Numbered from the whole stretch's first letter, positions 1-9,866 are shown. The stretch: 62,954 bases of DNA, filler included, from 8 parts of 8 records of this genome joined end to end with filler, not necessarily neighbours in it, one strand, 5' to 3'. The notes: generated from the sequence alone by a model not told the origin. A program made the numbers and translations.

Positions 1-1
1 C

Positions 2-844
2 GTGGAGATCGCCATCATCCGGATAGACAGACAGTTCCGGAGCGTCAGGGAATATCAGACCCTGGTCAATCCCCGCCGGGATGTGGGGCCGACCCATATC
101 CACCATATCAGCGCCTCCATGGTCCACAATGCCCCGGTCTTCGATGAGATCGCCGAAGACATACTCTCCTTCATCCCCGAAAACACCATGATCGTCGGTC
201 ATAATGTCGGCTTCGATCTGAAGTTTATAGAGAGAGAACTCTCCCGGGCCCTGGACAGGCCCGTCTCCTACCCCAGCTTCTGCACCCTGAAACAGGGACG
301 CAGGCTTCTGCAGTCCTCCTCCTACAGCCTGGGCAATCTATGCCGTCTGCTGGGAATCTCCAACGACCTGGAGCATTCGGCCATGGGCGATACCAGAGCG
401 ACCCTCCTCCTCTTCAAGCACCTGGCGGGACTCCTGGAGAAGGAGAGCTCGGTCAGGCTCCTGGAGACCTTCAAGGAGCAGTCCGTGCCCGCAGAGCTTC
501 GCGGCAGAACCAAGAAAAGGGACGCCGGCTCCTTGAGCCTGACAGCTCCCTTCTCCATACGAGCTCCGGCCGGCCCCTTTCCTCCGGAACTCCGGGGCAA
601 ATCGATCTGCTTCACCGGCACTTCCCTGACCCGCTCCGAAGGGGGTGACAAGCTGAGCCGGAGGGAGTTGGAATCCCGGGGCCGGCAGGGCGGGATGATT
701 GTCAAAGCTTACGTCACAAAGGGCCTGGACTATCTGGTCGCCGCCGATCCCCTGTCCCAGTCGGGCAAGGCCCGCAAGGCCCGGTCCTACGGGGTAAAAA
801 TCCTGTCGGAGAGGGAGTTCTGGAGGATGGCGGGATTGGTATGA
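2..844 (+). CDS. DEDDh 3'-5' exonuclease (DNA polymerase III epsilon-like) with C-terminal BRCT domain; 5'-truncated
   Basis: ExoII motif VGHNVGFDLKF, ExoIII motif HSAMGDTRAT, HIHHIS before ExoII; BRCT-like tail GKSICFTG...VTKGLDYLV...GKARKARSYGVKILSEREF. ExoI motif lies before the window start. Confidence 0.85.
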   Translation: MEIAIIRIDRQFRSVREYQTLVNPRRDVGPTHIHHISASMVHNAPVFDEIAEDILSFIPENTMIVGHNVGFDLKFIERELSRALDRPVSYPSFCTLKQGRRLLQSSSYSLGNLCRLLGISNDLEHSAMGDTRATLLLFKHLAGLLEKESSVRLLETFKEQSVPAELRGRTKKRDAGSLSLTAPFSIRAPAGPFPPELRGKSICFTGTSLTRSEGGDKLSRRELESRGRQGGMIVKAYVTKGLDYLVAADPLSQSGKARKARSYGVKILSEREFWRMAGLV

Positions 845-918
845 CTTTTGAACTTTTGAGGAAAAACTAATGAAAAAAGGGAAGCGGAGGTAGATCCATG
901 GCCTCCCTTCGGGAAGGA

Positions 919-979
919 CGCAGCCCCTCCTGGCAGGGCCGGGCGAAGCCTCGAAGAGGCCGTAAGCGGAGGGGCTGCG
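919..979. repeat. GC-rich inverted repeat between convergent genes
   Basis: CGCAGCCCCTCC (919-930) pairs with GGAGGGGCTGCG (968-979), enclosing a small hairpin GCCTC-GAA-GAGGC (948-960). Confidence 0.55.
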
Positions 980-1159
980 GGGTCATTTTCGAACTGCTAC
1001 TCAGTGCCGGACCGGCTCATCCCCAGAGCCGTGTTCAGACGGAAAAGGGGGAAAAGCCAGGGGCCTGTTACTGTGCTGTGGAGATCCTCAGGCAGCTCTG
1101 CAAATCATGCAAACAGGCCGATTCATCCCCTGTTTGCAAGATTTAATGTTATAAGACCC

Positions 1160-2182
1160 TTACTCGCTCACCTCCCGGTCCAGTGCCTTCTGCAGCAGAA
1201 CGGCTCCCAGAATCAGGATACCCTTGATCAGATCGTTTACGAAAGCCGGTACCAGGAAGGCGGACAGAATGGCGTCGATGGCATAGAGGATAATCGCTCC
1301 GAAGAAGGATCCCTGGATGAGTCCCCGGCCTCCGGCCATAGACGTTCCGCCTATGGCAACCGCGGCGATGACATCGAGCTCAAAAGATTTACCCGCCGTC
1401 GCCACATCCACCGAACCAAAACGCGTTATGTAGAGGAAGGCGGCCATACCGGTCAGCATGCCCGTTATGGAAAAGATGGCCACCTTGACCAGTTCCACAT
1501 TGATACCCGTGAGCCTGGCGGCCTTTTCATTGGAGCCGATGGCATAGACATAGCGTCCGAATCTTGTCTTGGACATCACAAACCAGACGATGACGGTCAG
1601 TAGAATAAAGATGATCACAAGATAGGGGATACCTCCCACCTTGCCGTAACCGATCTTCCGGAGCAGGTTGAAATAGGCGTCGTTGTCAACGATAAGGGGA
1701 CCGCCGTCGCCATACTGAACGGTTAAGGATCTGTACCCCACGAGGGTTGCCAGGGTCACGATAAAGGCGGCCACCTTGGCAATGCCGACGAATATCCCGT
1801 TAAACAGTCCCAGAAGCAACCCTATACCCAGGCAGGTCAAAAGGGTCAGGAAGATGCTCAGGGTGGAATTGAAGACCACCACTCCGATAGCGGCCGAAAG
1901 GCCCAGCATGGAGCCCACCGAAAGGTCGATGTTACCGGATATGATAACGAGGGACATCCCCAGAGCGATCGTGCCGATGAACACCGAAGACTTCACCAGA
2001 TTGATCAGGCTGGGCAGGGTCAGAAACTGGTCGCTCGCGATCCGCCCTATCAGAAGAAGCAGTATCAGGGAGATGAAATAGTTGTGATTGATCAACAGTT
2101 TCCTGGCCGTTTTCTTCCAGTCTTTCCCAGAGGAAGCCAAAGGAGCGCTCCCCTTGATTATCTCGCTATTGTTCTCAGCCAA
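1160..2182 (-). CDS. Monosaccharide ABC transporter permease (RbsC family)
   Basis: IISGNIDLSVGS, FIVTLAT, RFGRYVYAIGSNEKAARLTGI, ELDVIAAVAIGGTS motifs. Start placed at TTG 2182 behind AAGGAGG rather than the ORF-track 2236. Confidence 0.92.
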   Translation of the reverse strand: MAENNSEIIKGSAPLASSGKDWKKTARKLLINHNYFISLILLLLIGRIASDQFLTLPSLINLVKSSVFIGTIALGMSLVIISGNIDLSVGSMLGLSAAIGVVVFNSTLSIFLTLLTCLGIGLLLGLFNGIFVGIAKVAAFIVTLATLVGYRSLTVQYGDGGPLIVDNDAYFNLLRKIGYGKVGGIPYLVIIFILLTVIVWFVMSKTRFGRYVYAIGSNEKAARLTGINVELVKVAIFSITGMLTGMAAFLYITRFGSVDVATAGKSFELDVIAAVAIGGTSMAGGRGLIQGSFFGAIILYAIDAILSAFLVPAFVNDLIKGILILGAVLLQKALDREVSE

Positions 2183-3680
2183 TGGAGGCCTCCTTAAGAT
2201 TCGAACCGGTGGCATAGTACATAACATCCACTTCATTCAGTTCGTTTCGTTTAAACTCTTTATTGATTTGTCCCTTGTACAGGACCAGGCAACGGTCGGC
2301 GATCTGATGGATCTCGGGGAATTCAGAGCTGAAGACAATGATGCTCTTGCCCTTTTCCGCCAGCGCCGTGATCAGCTGATAGATCTCGAACTTGGCACCC
2401 ACATCTATCCCCTGGGTGGGGTTGTCCATGATGTAGACATCAGAATCCAGTCCGAACCAGCGGGAGAAGATGACCTTCTGCTGATTTCCTCCGCTGAGGG
2501 AGGTTATGCGGTTATCCGGGCTCTCGGCCTTGATATTGGTAGCCTCCTTATGGGACTGGTACCGCCGGTGCTCCTCCCTGTCACTGATATACAGTTTTCT
2601 GTGTTTGCTCGTAAAGAAGGCCATGGAAAGGTTATCCAGGATGGACATATCCTTCAGAATGGAGCGCTCTTTCCTATTGCGGGGAACCATGGAAATTCCA
2701 GACTTCATATTCTTTATGATGGACTTTCCAGTCATATCCTGTCCCTTCAGCACAATGGAACCTCCGGTGGTCTTCCGGGCGCCGAAAAGGCATTCGCTCA
2801 GCTCGCCGCGCCCGTCTCCGAACAGACCCGTCACAGCCAGGATCTCACCTTTGGCGAGGGTAAAACTTATATCCTGAAAATGCTTATGGCAGCTCAGAGC
2901 CCTGATATCCAGGACCGTGTTATCCCGGTCTACGGCATTGGATTTCTCCACCACCTCTCCCGCCAGGCTTCGCCCCACCAGCATCTCAGTGGCCTGATGT
3001 TCATCGATATCGGAAAAATTTCCTGTGGCGACCAAGAGCCCGTCCCGCATAACCGTATACCGGTCGCAGATCTCAAAAAGCTCGGGCATCTTGTGGGAGA
3101 TATAGATACAGCTTATCCCCTCCTCCTTCAGCCCCCTGATGATATTGAACAGATTGTCAATCTCCTCATTGGTCAAAGCGGTGGTGGGCTCGTCCATAAT
3201 AATCAGACGGCAGTCGAAGAGCAGAGCCCCCGCAATCTCGACGAGCTGCTTGCGTGAGGTATCGAGTTCCCGGACCATGGCGAGAGGATCGATATCCAGA
3301 TTCATCCTCTCGAAGATCTCATAGGAACGGCGTATCATCTCTTTCTTATCCAGGATCCCGAACCGCGTCAGCTCATGATGCAGAAACAGATTCTCATAGA
3401 CCTGCAGATCGTTAACCAGATTCAGTTCCTGATGGATAAAACCGATCCCCAGATGGGCGGCTTTGGGGGGAGTCAGATGGGAGAACTCTTCTCCGGAGAT
3501 AAGGATGCTCCCCCTGTCGGGTCTCAGGATCCCTCCCAGAACATTCATAAGGGTGGACTTCCCGGCTCCGTTCTCCCCCAGCAGCCCATGGATTTCGGCC
3601 TCTCCCACGGAAAGAGAGACATCCTGAACAGCCTTGACAGCGCCGAAGCTTTTATAGATATTTTTCATCTCAAGCAGCAT
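2175..3680 (-). CDS. Monosaccharide ABC transporter ATP-binding protein (RbsA/MglA type, two ABC domains)
   Basis: Walker A GENGAGKST, IIMDEPTTAL, LSGGNQQKV, DNPTQGIDVGAK. Confidence 0.95.
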   Translation of the reverse strand: MLLEMKNIYKSFGAVKAVQDVSLSVGEAEIHGLLGENGAGKSTLMNVLGGILRPDRGSILISGEEFSHLTPPKAAHLGIGFIHQELNLVNDLQVYENLFLHHELTRFGILDKKEMIRRSYEIFERMNLDIDPLAMVRELDTSRKQLVEIAGALLFDCRLIIMDEPTTALTNEEIDNLFNIIRGLKEEGISCIYISHKMPELFEICDRYTVMRDGLLVATGNFSDIDEHQATEMLVGRSLAGEVVEKSNAVDRDNTVLDIRALSCHKHFQDISFTLAKGEILAVTGLFGDGRGELSECLFGARKTTGGSIVLKGQDMTGKSIIKNMKSGISMVPRNRKERSILKDMSILDNLSMAFFTSKHRKLYISDREEHRRYQSHKEATNIKAESPDNRITSLSGGNQQKVIFSRWFGLDSDVYIMDNPTQGIDVGAKFEIYQLITALAEKGKSIIVFSSEFPEIHQIADRCLVLYKGQINKEFKRNELNEVDVMYYATGSNLKEASIG

Positions 3681-3704
3681 AACAAATCCTACTCATATCC
3701 TTTT

Positions 3705-3736
3705 AAAAAAGACCGGTCCCGAATACAGGACCGGCC
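3705..3736 (-). terminator. Intra-operon hairpin/terminator after the binding-protein gene
   Basis: Minus strand GGCCGGTCCT-GTATTC-GGGACCGGTC followed by TTTTTT. Confidence 0.7.
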
Positions 3737-3757
3737 TCTGTTCATCACTGACGTCTC

Positions 3758-4765
3758 TTAATACAGGGAGTATCTAAGAGAGTATACGGGTCCCTTCATA
3801 AAATCTTTGTAGTTCCCGTTGTCCACCATCTCCGTTTCCACCAGATACTGACCGGAAACGTCCTTTCCATCCAGGATATCGACACCCAGTTCGATGGCAT
3901 CCACAACCATGGCGGGAGAGAAGGAGTAGACTACCTGATCGATTCCGATCTCCTGATAGTGATCGAAAAGGCCCAGAAGCTCTCTGGAGGCGCTGACAGC
4001 GGAAACGAGGTTTACATTGACATCAAAGCTTCCGTCATAGCCTTCCAGGGCGGCCAGCACGCCGGCGGCCACTTCGGCGTCATGGGTGAAGATGGCTTCG
4101 ATGCTCTCGACCTGTTCCTTTGTGCTGGAGTTGAGGAAGGTTTCCATCTGGGACTGGGCCTTGTCCTTGCTCCAGTTGGTCACGTACTCATTCACCTTGT
4201 TGAACCCGGGGCTGGCCGTTGACCAGAATCCGTTTGATCTCTGCATGGGAACGGAAGAGTTGTCGCCCTTGAACTCAAGCAGATTCACCTTGCCCGAGGC
4301 CAGTTCGTCCTTGTAGTACTCGTTGAAGTAAAGGCCTGTCTGCTCGCCGATGGTGATATTGTCTCCCAGCAGTTCGGCGGTCTCGTCAAAGTTGCTGATC
4401 AATCTGTCGTAGACGATAAGGGGAATGCCCGCGTCCACAATGGACTGGGCCGCGGATTTCAGCTCATCGCCGTTATGGGGCCACAGGACGACAACGTCCA
4501 CGCCCTGAGCCACGACGGTATCGATCTGGTTAGACTGCTCAACCACGTCGTCGGAGATCAGGAACTGATACTTGTAGCCCTTCTCTTCGGCCAGCTTTTT
4601 GGTCGCGTCTTCCGCATGGGTGATGCTCTCGCCCAGGAAGCCATGGTCCGCGCTGGGCATGATGACCGCCAGAGATTTGACTCCGTCGTCCTGAGAACCG
4701 GACGCGAAGCAGAAAGAGACGCTTACCAGAGCCGCAAGAACCAAGAGAGATAGTTTTCTTTTCAT
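3758..4765 (-). CDS. Sugar ABC transporter substrate-binding protein (RbsB-like)
   Basis: Signal peptide ending FCFASGSQD (spirochaete-style), GVDVVVLWP, GIPLIVYDR, GDN motifs; GGAGG RBS. Confidence 0.9.
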   Translation of the reverse strand: MKRKLSLLVLAALVSVSFCFASGSQDDGVKSLAVIMPSADHGFLGESITHAEDATKKLAEEKGYKYQFLISDDVVEQSNQIDTVVAQGVDVVVLWPHNGDELKSAAQSIVDAGIPLIVYDRLISNFDETAELLGDNITIGEQTGLYFNEYYKDELASGKVNLLEFKGDNSSVPMQRSNGFWSTASPGFNKVNEYVTNWSKDKAQSQMETFLNSSTKEQVESIEAIFTHDAEVAAGVLAALEGYDGSFDVNVNLVSAVSASRELLGLFDHYQEIGIDQVVYSFSPAMVVDAIELGVDILDGKDVSGQYLVETEMVDNGNYKDFMKGPVYSLRYSLY

Positions 4766-4787
4766 TACAATCCTCCAATTTATTTGA

Positions 4788-5804
4788 TCACACTGAGTGT
4801 GATGATTCCTTAATCATGACCGACGTGCTTTCCCTGTGGATGATCTCATAGGGCAGTATCGTCTTCTTCACCGGGCTGTCCCGGTTTTCGATCTTCTCGT
4901 AAAGCAGGTCAAACGCCGTCTTCCCCAGATCGTATCGGGGCTGGGCGATGGTCGAGATGGTGGGCCTGTAGTATCGGGTGATATCCGAGTTGTCAAAGCC
5001 CATGACCTTCACGCTCTTCCCCTTTCCGCAGGAGTAGAGCTGGTTTACCGCTCCGATCGCCAGAGGATCGGAAGCGCAGAGGACAGCCGAGGGAGGCGCC
5101 TCCAGGCCCATCAGCTCTTCGCATTTTTTCATACCGTCCTTAAAGCGGTAGTCCGTCTTGGCCAACAGGCGCCCATCGAAGGCAATGCCTCCGTCCTCGA
5201 GGGCCCTTTTGTACCCGGTTTCCCTGCTCAGCTCCGAGTACTTGTAATAGTCGCCGCTGAGGTAGGCGATGCGGCGATGCCCCTCCCGTATGAACTCGGA
5301 GCAGGCCGTGTAGATCGCCTTCTCATTATCGATAACCACGCTGGACACCTCGGCACCCAGGGTGGGCTCACAGCCCTGGACATAGGGATAACGGACGGCG
5401 ATATCACTGATCTCACTGCTGCTGAAGGTGCTGAAAAAGTTGATGCAGCCGTCCACCTGCTTGGCCCGGAGCATGTCCAGGTACTTGAGCTCCAGGCTTT
5501 TTTCAAGCATGGTCATAACGACGACCACCTGATAGCCGCTCTTATCCGCCTGATCCTCTATCCCCTCCACAATCCGCGAGTAGAACTGGTTGGAGAAGGT
5601 CGGCAGCATCACCATGATCTTATTGCTTCTGGATGTCCTCAGATGCCGTCCCGAAGTATTGGGAACGAAATCATTCTCCTCGATGACCTTCAAAACCTTC
5701 TGTTTCGTTTTCTTCGCCACCCGGGGATCATTGTTCACCACCCGGGATACGGTGGCGATGGAAACACCGCATAGCTCGGCAATATCTGTTAGATTCAACT
5801 GCAA
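4788..5804 (-). CDS. LacI-family transcriptional regulator
   Basis: N-terminal LTDIAELCGVSIATVSRVVN HTH; C-terminal VMGFDN...PTISTIAQP. Confidence 0.95.
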   Translation of the reverse strand: MQLNLTDIAELCGVSIATVSRVVNNDPRVAKKTKQKVLKVIEENDFVPNTSGRHLRTSRSNKIMVMLPTFSNQFYSRIVEGIEDQADKSGYQVVVVMTMLEKSLELKYLDMLRAKQVDGCINFFSTFSSSEISDIAVRYPYVQGCEPTLGAEVSSVVIDNEKAIYTACSEFIREGHRRIAYLSGDYYKYSELSRETGYKRALEDGGIAFDGRLLAKTDYRFKDGMKKCEELMGLEAPPSAVLCASDPLAIGAVNQLYSCGKGKSVKVMGFDNSDITRYYRPTISTIAQPRYDLGKTAFDLLYEKIENRDSPVKKTILPYEIIHRESTSVMIKESSHSV

Positions 5805-5810
5805 ACCTCA

Positions 5811-5826
5811 ATGTAAAGCTTTACAT
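5811..5826. promoter_or_regulatory. LacI-type operator 1
   Basis: Perfect 16-bp palindrome ATGTAAAGCTTTACAT just upstream of the lacI-family start. Confidence 0.8.
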
Positions 5827-5982
5827 AACATTCCATCATTAATCTCATATTGTCAACTAAAAAGATAATAAGTCATGATTTTTCCTGATAGTGACAGCTT
5901 AAAACCACCCTGAAACACTACTTTTGGCCTATTTGAACTTTTCAATTGCCAGATTTTGATCCATAGACTATGATGAATCAGA

Positions 5983-5998
5983 ATGTAAAGGTTTACAC
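5983..5998. promoter_or_regulatory. LacI-type operator 2
   Basis: ATGTAAAGGTTTACAC, 14/16 match to operator 1, just upstream of the divergent oxidoreductase RBS. Confidence 0.75.
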
Positions 5999-6015
5999 AC
6001 TATTCGTGAGGTTAT

Positions 6016-7152
6016 ATGATTAAAATCAGATCAGCAGTTGTTGGAATAGGCTTTATAGGAGTTGCCCATATCGAGGCGATCAGACGGCTGGGATACGCTG
6101 AGGTCGTAGCCCTGTGCGATCCTGCAGACGCGGAGGCGAAGGCTGCCCGCCACTCCGTCCCCGCCCACTACAGCGACTACAAAGCCATGCTCGATAAGGA
6201 AGAGCTTGACTTCATCCATGTCTGCACACCCAACGCCAGTCATTTTGAGATCGCTTCCCATGCCGTATCCAGGGGGGTAAACGTCATCCTGGAAAAGCCT
6301 ATGACCCTGACCATAGAAGAGGGAGAGGAGCTGCGCCGGCTGGCTGAGAAGAAAGGCGTCACAGCAGCGGTGAACTTTCACAACCGCTTCTACCCGGCCA
6401 CCCATCATCTGAGGGAAAAGATCCTGAACAAGGAGCTGGGAAGGATCATCTCCGTATCGGGCTGCTACATCCAGGACTGGCTGCTCTACGACACGGACTA
6501 CAGCTGGCGACTGGATTCGGCAGTCTCGGGAAAGACCAGGGCCGTGGCCGACATAGGTTCCCACTGGATAGACCTGGCCGAATACACCACGGGGCTTAAG
6601 GTGCGGGAGGTCATGGCGGACTTCCGGACCGTCTATCCCGTGAGAAAAAAGGCCCGGGGAGAGAACCTGACCTTCAGCAATGAGAAGGCCTCAGACTACG
6701 ACGAGGTGCCTATCGACACCGAGGACATGGCCTCCCTCCTCCTGCGCTTTGACAACGGGGCCGCGGGCTGCTGTTTCATCAGCCAGATGTTCGCCGGTAA
6801 GAAAAACAGAATCCACCTGATGACTGGGGGGACCGAGTCATCGGCCGAGTGGAACGTCGAGAACCAGGAGCAGCTTGTCCTGGGCCATAGGAACAGGGGG
6901 AATGAAATCCTTGTGAAGGACCAGGGGCTGATGGCCGGCGGGAGCGCCTCCCTGATCGGCTATCCCGCGGGTCATGCCGAGGGCTTCCCGGACGCCTTCA
7001 AGCAGGGCTTCCACCAAGTCTACCAGAGCTTTCTGGACCCGGAAAAGCCCCGTTTCTACGCTGATTTCGCCGACGGGCTCAGAGAGATGAAGATCTGCGA
7101 GGCCATTCACCGCAGTTCCAGAGAGCAAAAATTTATCAGTATTGAGGATTGA
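6016..7152 (+). CDS. Gfo/Idh/MocA family NAD(P)-dependent oxidoreductase
   Basis: VVGIGFIG Rossmann motif, CTPNASH, ILEKPM, DIGSHWID. Confidence 0.93.
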   Translation: MIKIRSAVVGIGFIGVAHIEAIRRLGYAEVVALCDPADAEAKAARHSVPAHYSDYKAMLDKEELDFIHVCTPNASHFEIASHAVSRGVNVILEKPMTLTIEEGEELRRLAEKKGVTAAVNFHNRFYPATHHLREKILNKELGRIISVSGCYIQDWLLYDTDYSWRLDSAVSGKTRAVADIGSHWIDLAEYTTGLKVREVMADFRTVYPVRKKARGENLTFSNEKASDYDEVPIDTEDMASLLLRFDNGAAGCCFISQMFAGKKNRIHLMTGGTESSAEWNVENQEQLVLGHRNRGNEILVKDQGLMAGGSASLIGYPAGHAEGFPDAFKQGFHQVYQSFLDPEKPRFYADFADGLREMKICEAIHRSSREQKFISIED

Positions 7153-7155
7153 AAT

Positions 7156-8067
7156 ATGAAACTTGGATTATTGAGCGCCATCCTGGAAAACAGGAATTTT
7201 GAAGAGGTAATAGATCTGGCCCACGGGCTGGGCTACAGAGCCGTGGAGCTGGCCTGTTGGCCGGCGGGGACGGGAACCCGGCGCTATGCGGGAACCTGCC
7301 ATATAGACACGGTCAAGCTGAACGAGGCGAAGGCGCAGAGCCTCAGGGACTATGCGGACTCCCGGAATGTGGAGATCATGGCCCTCGGCTACTACCCCAA
7401 CCCCCTGGATCCCGACCGGGCGGCTTCCGCCTCGGCGATCGAACACATCCGCTCCCTCATAAGGGCCGCGGCCGTCCTGAAGGTCGGGAGGATCAGCACC
7501 TTCATCGGAAGGGACAAATCGAAAACGGAGGATGAGAACTTCAAGAGCTTCATGGCTGTGTGGCCCGGCATCATCGCCTATGCGGAGGACCACGGCGTGG
7601 ACGTGGGGATTGAGAACTGTCCCATGTACTTCTCCGCCGACGAATGGCCGGGGGGATTGAACCTGGCCTCCTCGCCCGTGATCTGGCGGAGGATGTTCGA
7701 CCTGATCCCAAGCCCCCGGTTCGGCCTCTCCTACGACCCGTCCCACCTTCACCTCCAGGGGATGGACTATATCAAACCCCTTTCAGAGTTTGCCGACAGG
7801 ATCTTCCATATCCATCTGAAGGATATCCATGTGGACAGGGATAAGCTGGATGATTACGGCATCTTCACTCCCCCCCTCAACTATATGGATCCCAGGATTC
7901 CGGGACGGGGGGGCATAGACTGGAAGCTGTTTATGGATGCCCTGCAGAGCTCGGGATTCGAAAACTGCGCCTGTGTGGAGATAGAAGACAGAGCCTACGA
8001 GGAGGAGGATAAGGCGATAGAACGGGCCCTCAAGGAGAGCTTTGACCACATATCCCCTCTCCTCTAG
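7156..8067 (+). CDS. Sugar phosphate isomerase/epimerase family TIM-barrel protein
   Basis: GIENCP, YDPSHL, FHIHLKD, PGRGGIDW, VEIED metal-binding motifs. Confidence 0.9.
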   Translation: MKLGLLSAILENRNFEEVIDLAHGLGYRAVELACWPAGTGTRRYAGTCHIDTVKLNEAKAQSLRDYADSRNVEIMALGYYPNPLDPDRAASASAIEHIRSLIRAAAVLKVGRISTFIGRDKSKTEDENFKSFMAVWPGIIAYAEDHGVDVGIENCPMYFSADEWPGGLNLASSPVIWRRMFDLIPSPRFGLSYDPSHLHLQGMDYIKPLSEFADRIFHIHLKDIHVDRDKLDDYGIFTPPLNYMDPRIPGRGGIDWKLFMDALQSSGFENCACVEIEDRAYEEEDKAIERALKESFDHISPLL

Positions 8068-8073
8068 CGAACA

Positions 8074-8095
8074 CGGGGCGGAATGACCCGCCCCG
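8074..8095. terminator. Hairpin between convergent genes
   Basis: CGGGGCGG-AATGAC-CCGCCCCG 8-bp stem; no clear U-tract. Confidence 0.5.
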
Positions 8096-8102
8096 ATGCG
8101 AA

Positions 8103-9866
8103 TCAGAAATCTTTTCCCAGACGCCTCAGGGTGGCCTCCACGGGAGACAGGATGGTCTGCCCACCCTCTTCCAGTAGACGCTGCCGGGCCAGCAGTGAGA
8201 CATGGAGCTCACAGCAGGCCTCTCCATAGGAGATCCCCATAAGCTGGGAGATGATCCGGCTGCCCCTGTCCACCAGTTTTTTGTTGGTGGGATCCAGCTG
8301 TATCATCCAGTTCCCTCTGATCCGGCCCATCCCGGCCATGGCGGCGGTGCTCATGGTATTCAGGATGAGTTTGGCAGCCAGATGATGCCATAGGAAGACA
8401 GGGCTTTCCAGAAGCGCCAGGGGAATCGCAATGTCCCCTTCGCCCGCATCGCCACAGCGTCCGATCAGGATATTGATACGCTCCCCATCCGAAGGAGTCC
8501 GCGCCTCCTTATCCACAAGGATGTTGAGGAATACCCATCCTTCAGAGACCTTGCGGCTTTGATCCTCTTCCCGGCCGATCGTATACCGGGAGATCTCTCT
8601 CTCATCCAGCAGGGGGACGTTGCCGGCATATTCGGGAGCCCCCATATCCAGATAGTCCTGACGACTCCAGTCCAGCCCCCGGGGACGTCGCCGCAGCATC
8701 CGCAGCCAGGCCTCGGAACCGTCGTGTTTCGGATCTTTGGCAAAGGCCCAGGAGGGGGGGGCCTGCTCATCATCGCCGGGACGGAAGGGAGGGAGCATAA
8801 AGGTGGGGGAGCGCTCTGTGGTATCGCTGAAGATATCCAGGAGGTAATGCTCGGCCAGGTAGGTGACAAGCCCTCCCCTGCGGTAGACCTTCTCTTCCAG
8901 ATCGGTCCAGGCGGCCAGGCCCTCCAATGCCTCTCCCCTGCTAAGACTCTCCACCAGAAGGGAGAAGGACTCGGCATAGACCCCGGCGGAGGGGGCCTTT
9001 TCCCCCGTGGATTCCAGAAGCCCCGATTCCATGGCCGCCCCGACGACCAGCATCTCCATGGTGGTCGCCTGCATCCGGGTGGAACCGGTGAGGGCCATGG
9101 GCCCCGTGTACAGATCCAGAACGGTCACATCTTCGGCATCGATGACCCGCCGGCAGCGTTCCAGTCTCTCTCTTAAAAGCCCGGCGGGATTGTTAAAGAC
9201 GAAAAACACCTGACACTTTCTCCGCCTGGCCTCTTCGACCGTACCGATAACGGAGGAGGTCTCCCCCCCCTCGCTGATGGCGACCAGAAGATCCCCTTCG
9301 GACAGGTCCAGCTCTTCAACCTGACGAGCGCCGAAGGCCTCATAATCCTCAAAGTTTTCCACGGCCCTGATAAGGGCCCGGTCGCCTCCGGTCATGATGC
9401 TGCAGGCCAGGTCGGCCCGTTCCAGGTTCTCATCTCCCCCGGTCCCTTTCAGAACGGCGTCTCCGGGCGCCGCAGAGGCACGGTCCTCCCAGAACTGCCT
9501 CCACATCTCCTCCAGGATCATGCTCAGTCGCCCGGTGCTGCCGCATCCTGTGAAACAGACGCGCCTGTTTTCGCAAGCGCTGAGTTGGAAGGCCGAAACG
9601 AGGGATCGAAAGGGAGCGCTCAGCATGACGCGCCGGGCCACCGAAGGAAGATCCCTGTCCACATTCAGTATGGACCTGATGGCGTCCCGGCTGTCCCGGG
9701 CGGCCTCGGCGCTCATATCGCGGGTATAGGGGTGGGACTGTTCGGTGGGGATAAAGCCCAGGCGGAACTGACCGTCCTCTCTGATAAATCTTTCGGCCAT
9801 GCCTCGGGCCTGCGCCCTCAGCACCGGATCAGAAGCAAACTGGTTATAATCGTTGTTTTGAATCAT
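8103..9866 (-). CDS. Long SIS-domain protein, MurQ etherase / glucokinase-regulatory-protein-like (587 aa)
   Basis: PTEQSHP, GCGSTGRL, GGDRALIRAVENFED, TGPMALTGSTRM, KLILNTMST...GNWM...NKKLVDRG. Start reassigned to ATG 9866, which overlaps the upstream permease stop (ATGA). Confidence 0.75.
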   Translation of the reverse strand: MIQNNDYNQFASDPVLRAQARGMAERFIREDGQFRLGFIPTEQSHPYTRDMSAEAARDSRDAIRSILNVDRDLPSVARRVMLSAPFRSLVSAFQLSACENRRVCFTGCGSTGRLSMILEEMWRQFWEDRASAAPGDAVLKGTGGDENLERADLACSIMTGGDRALIRAVENFEDYEAFGARQVEELDLSEGDLLVAISEGGETSSVIGTVEEARRRKCQVFFVFNNPAGLLRERLERCRRVIDAEDVTVLDLYTGPMALTGSTRMQATTMEMLVVGAAMESGLLESTGEKAPSAGVYAESFSLLVESLSRGEALEGLAAWTDLEEKVYRRGGLVTYLAEHYLLDIFSDTTERSPTFMLPPFRPGDDEQAPPSWAFAKDPKHDGSEAWLRMLRRRPRGLDWSRQDYLDMGAPEYAGNVPLLDEREISRYTIGREEDQSRKVSEGWVFLNILVDKEARTPSDGERINILIGRCGDAGEGDIAIPLALLESPVFLWHHLAAKLILNTMSTAAMAGMGRIRGNWMIQLDPTNKKLVDRGSRIISQLMGISYGEACCELHVSLLARQRLLEEGGQTILSPVEATLRRLGKDF

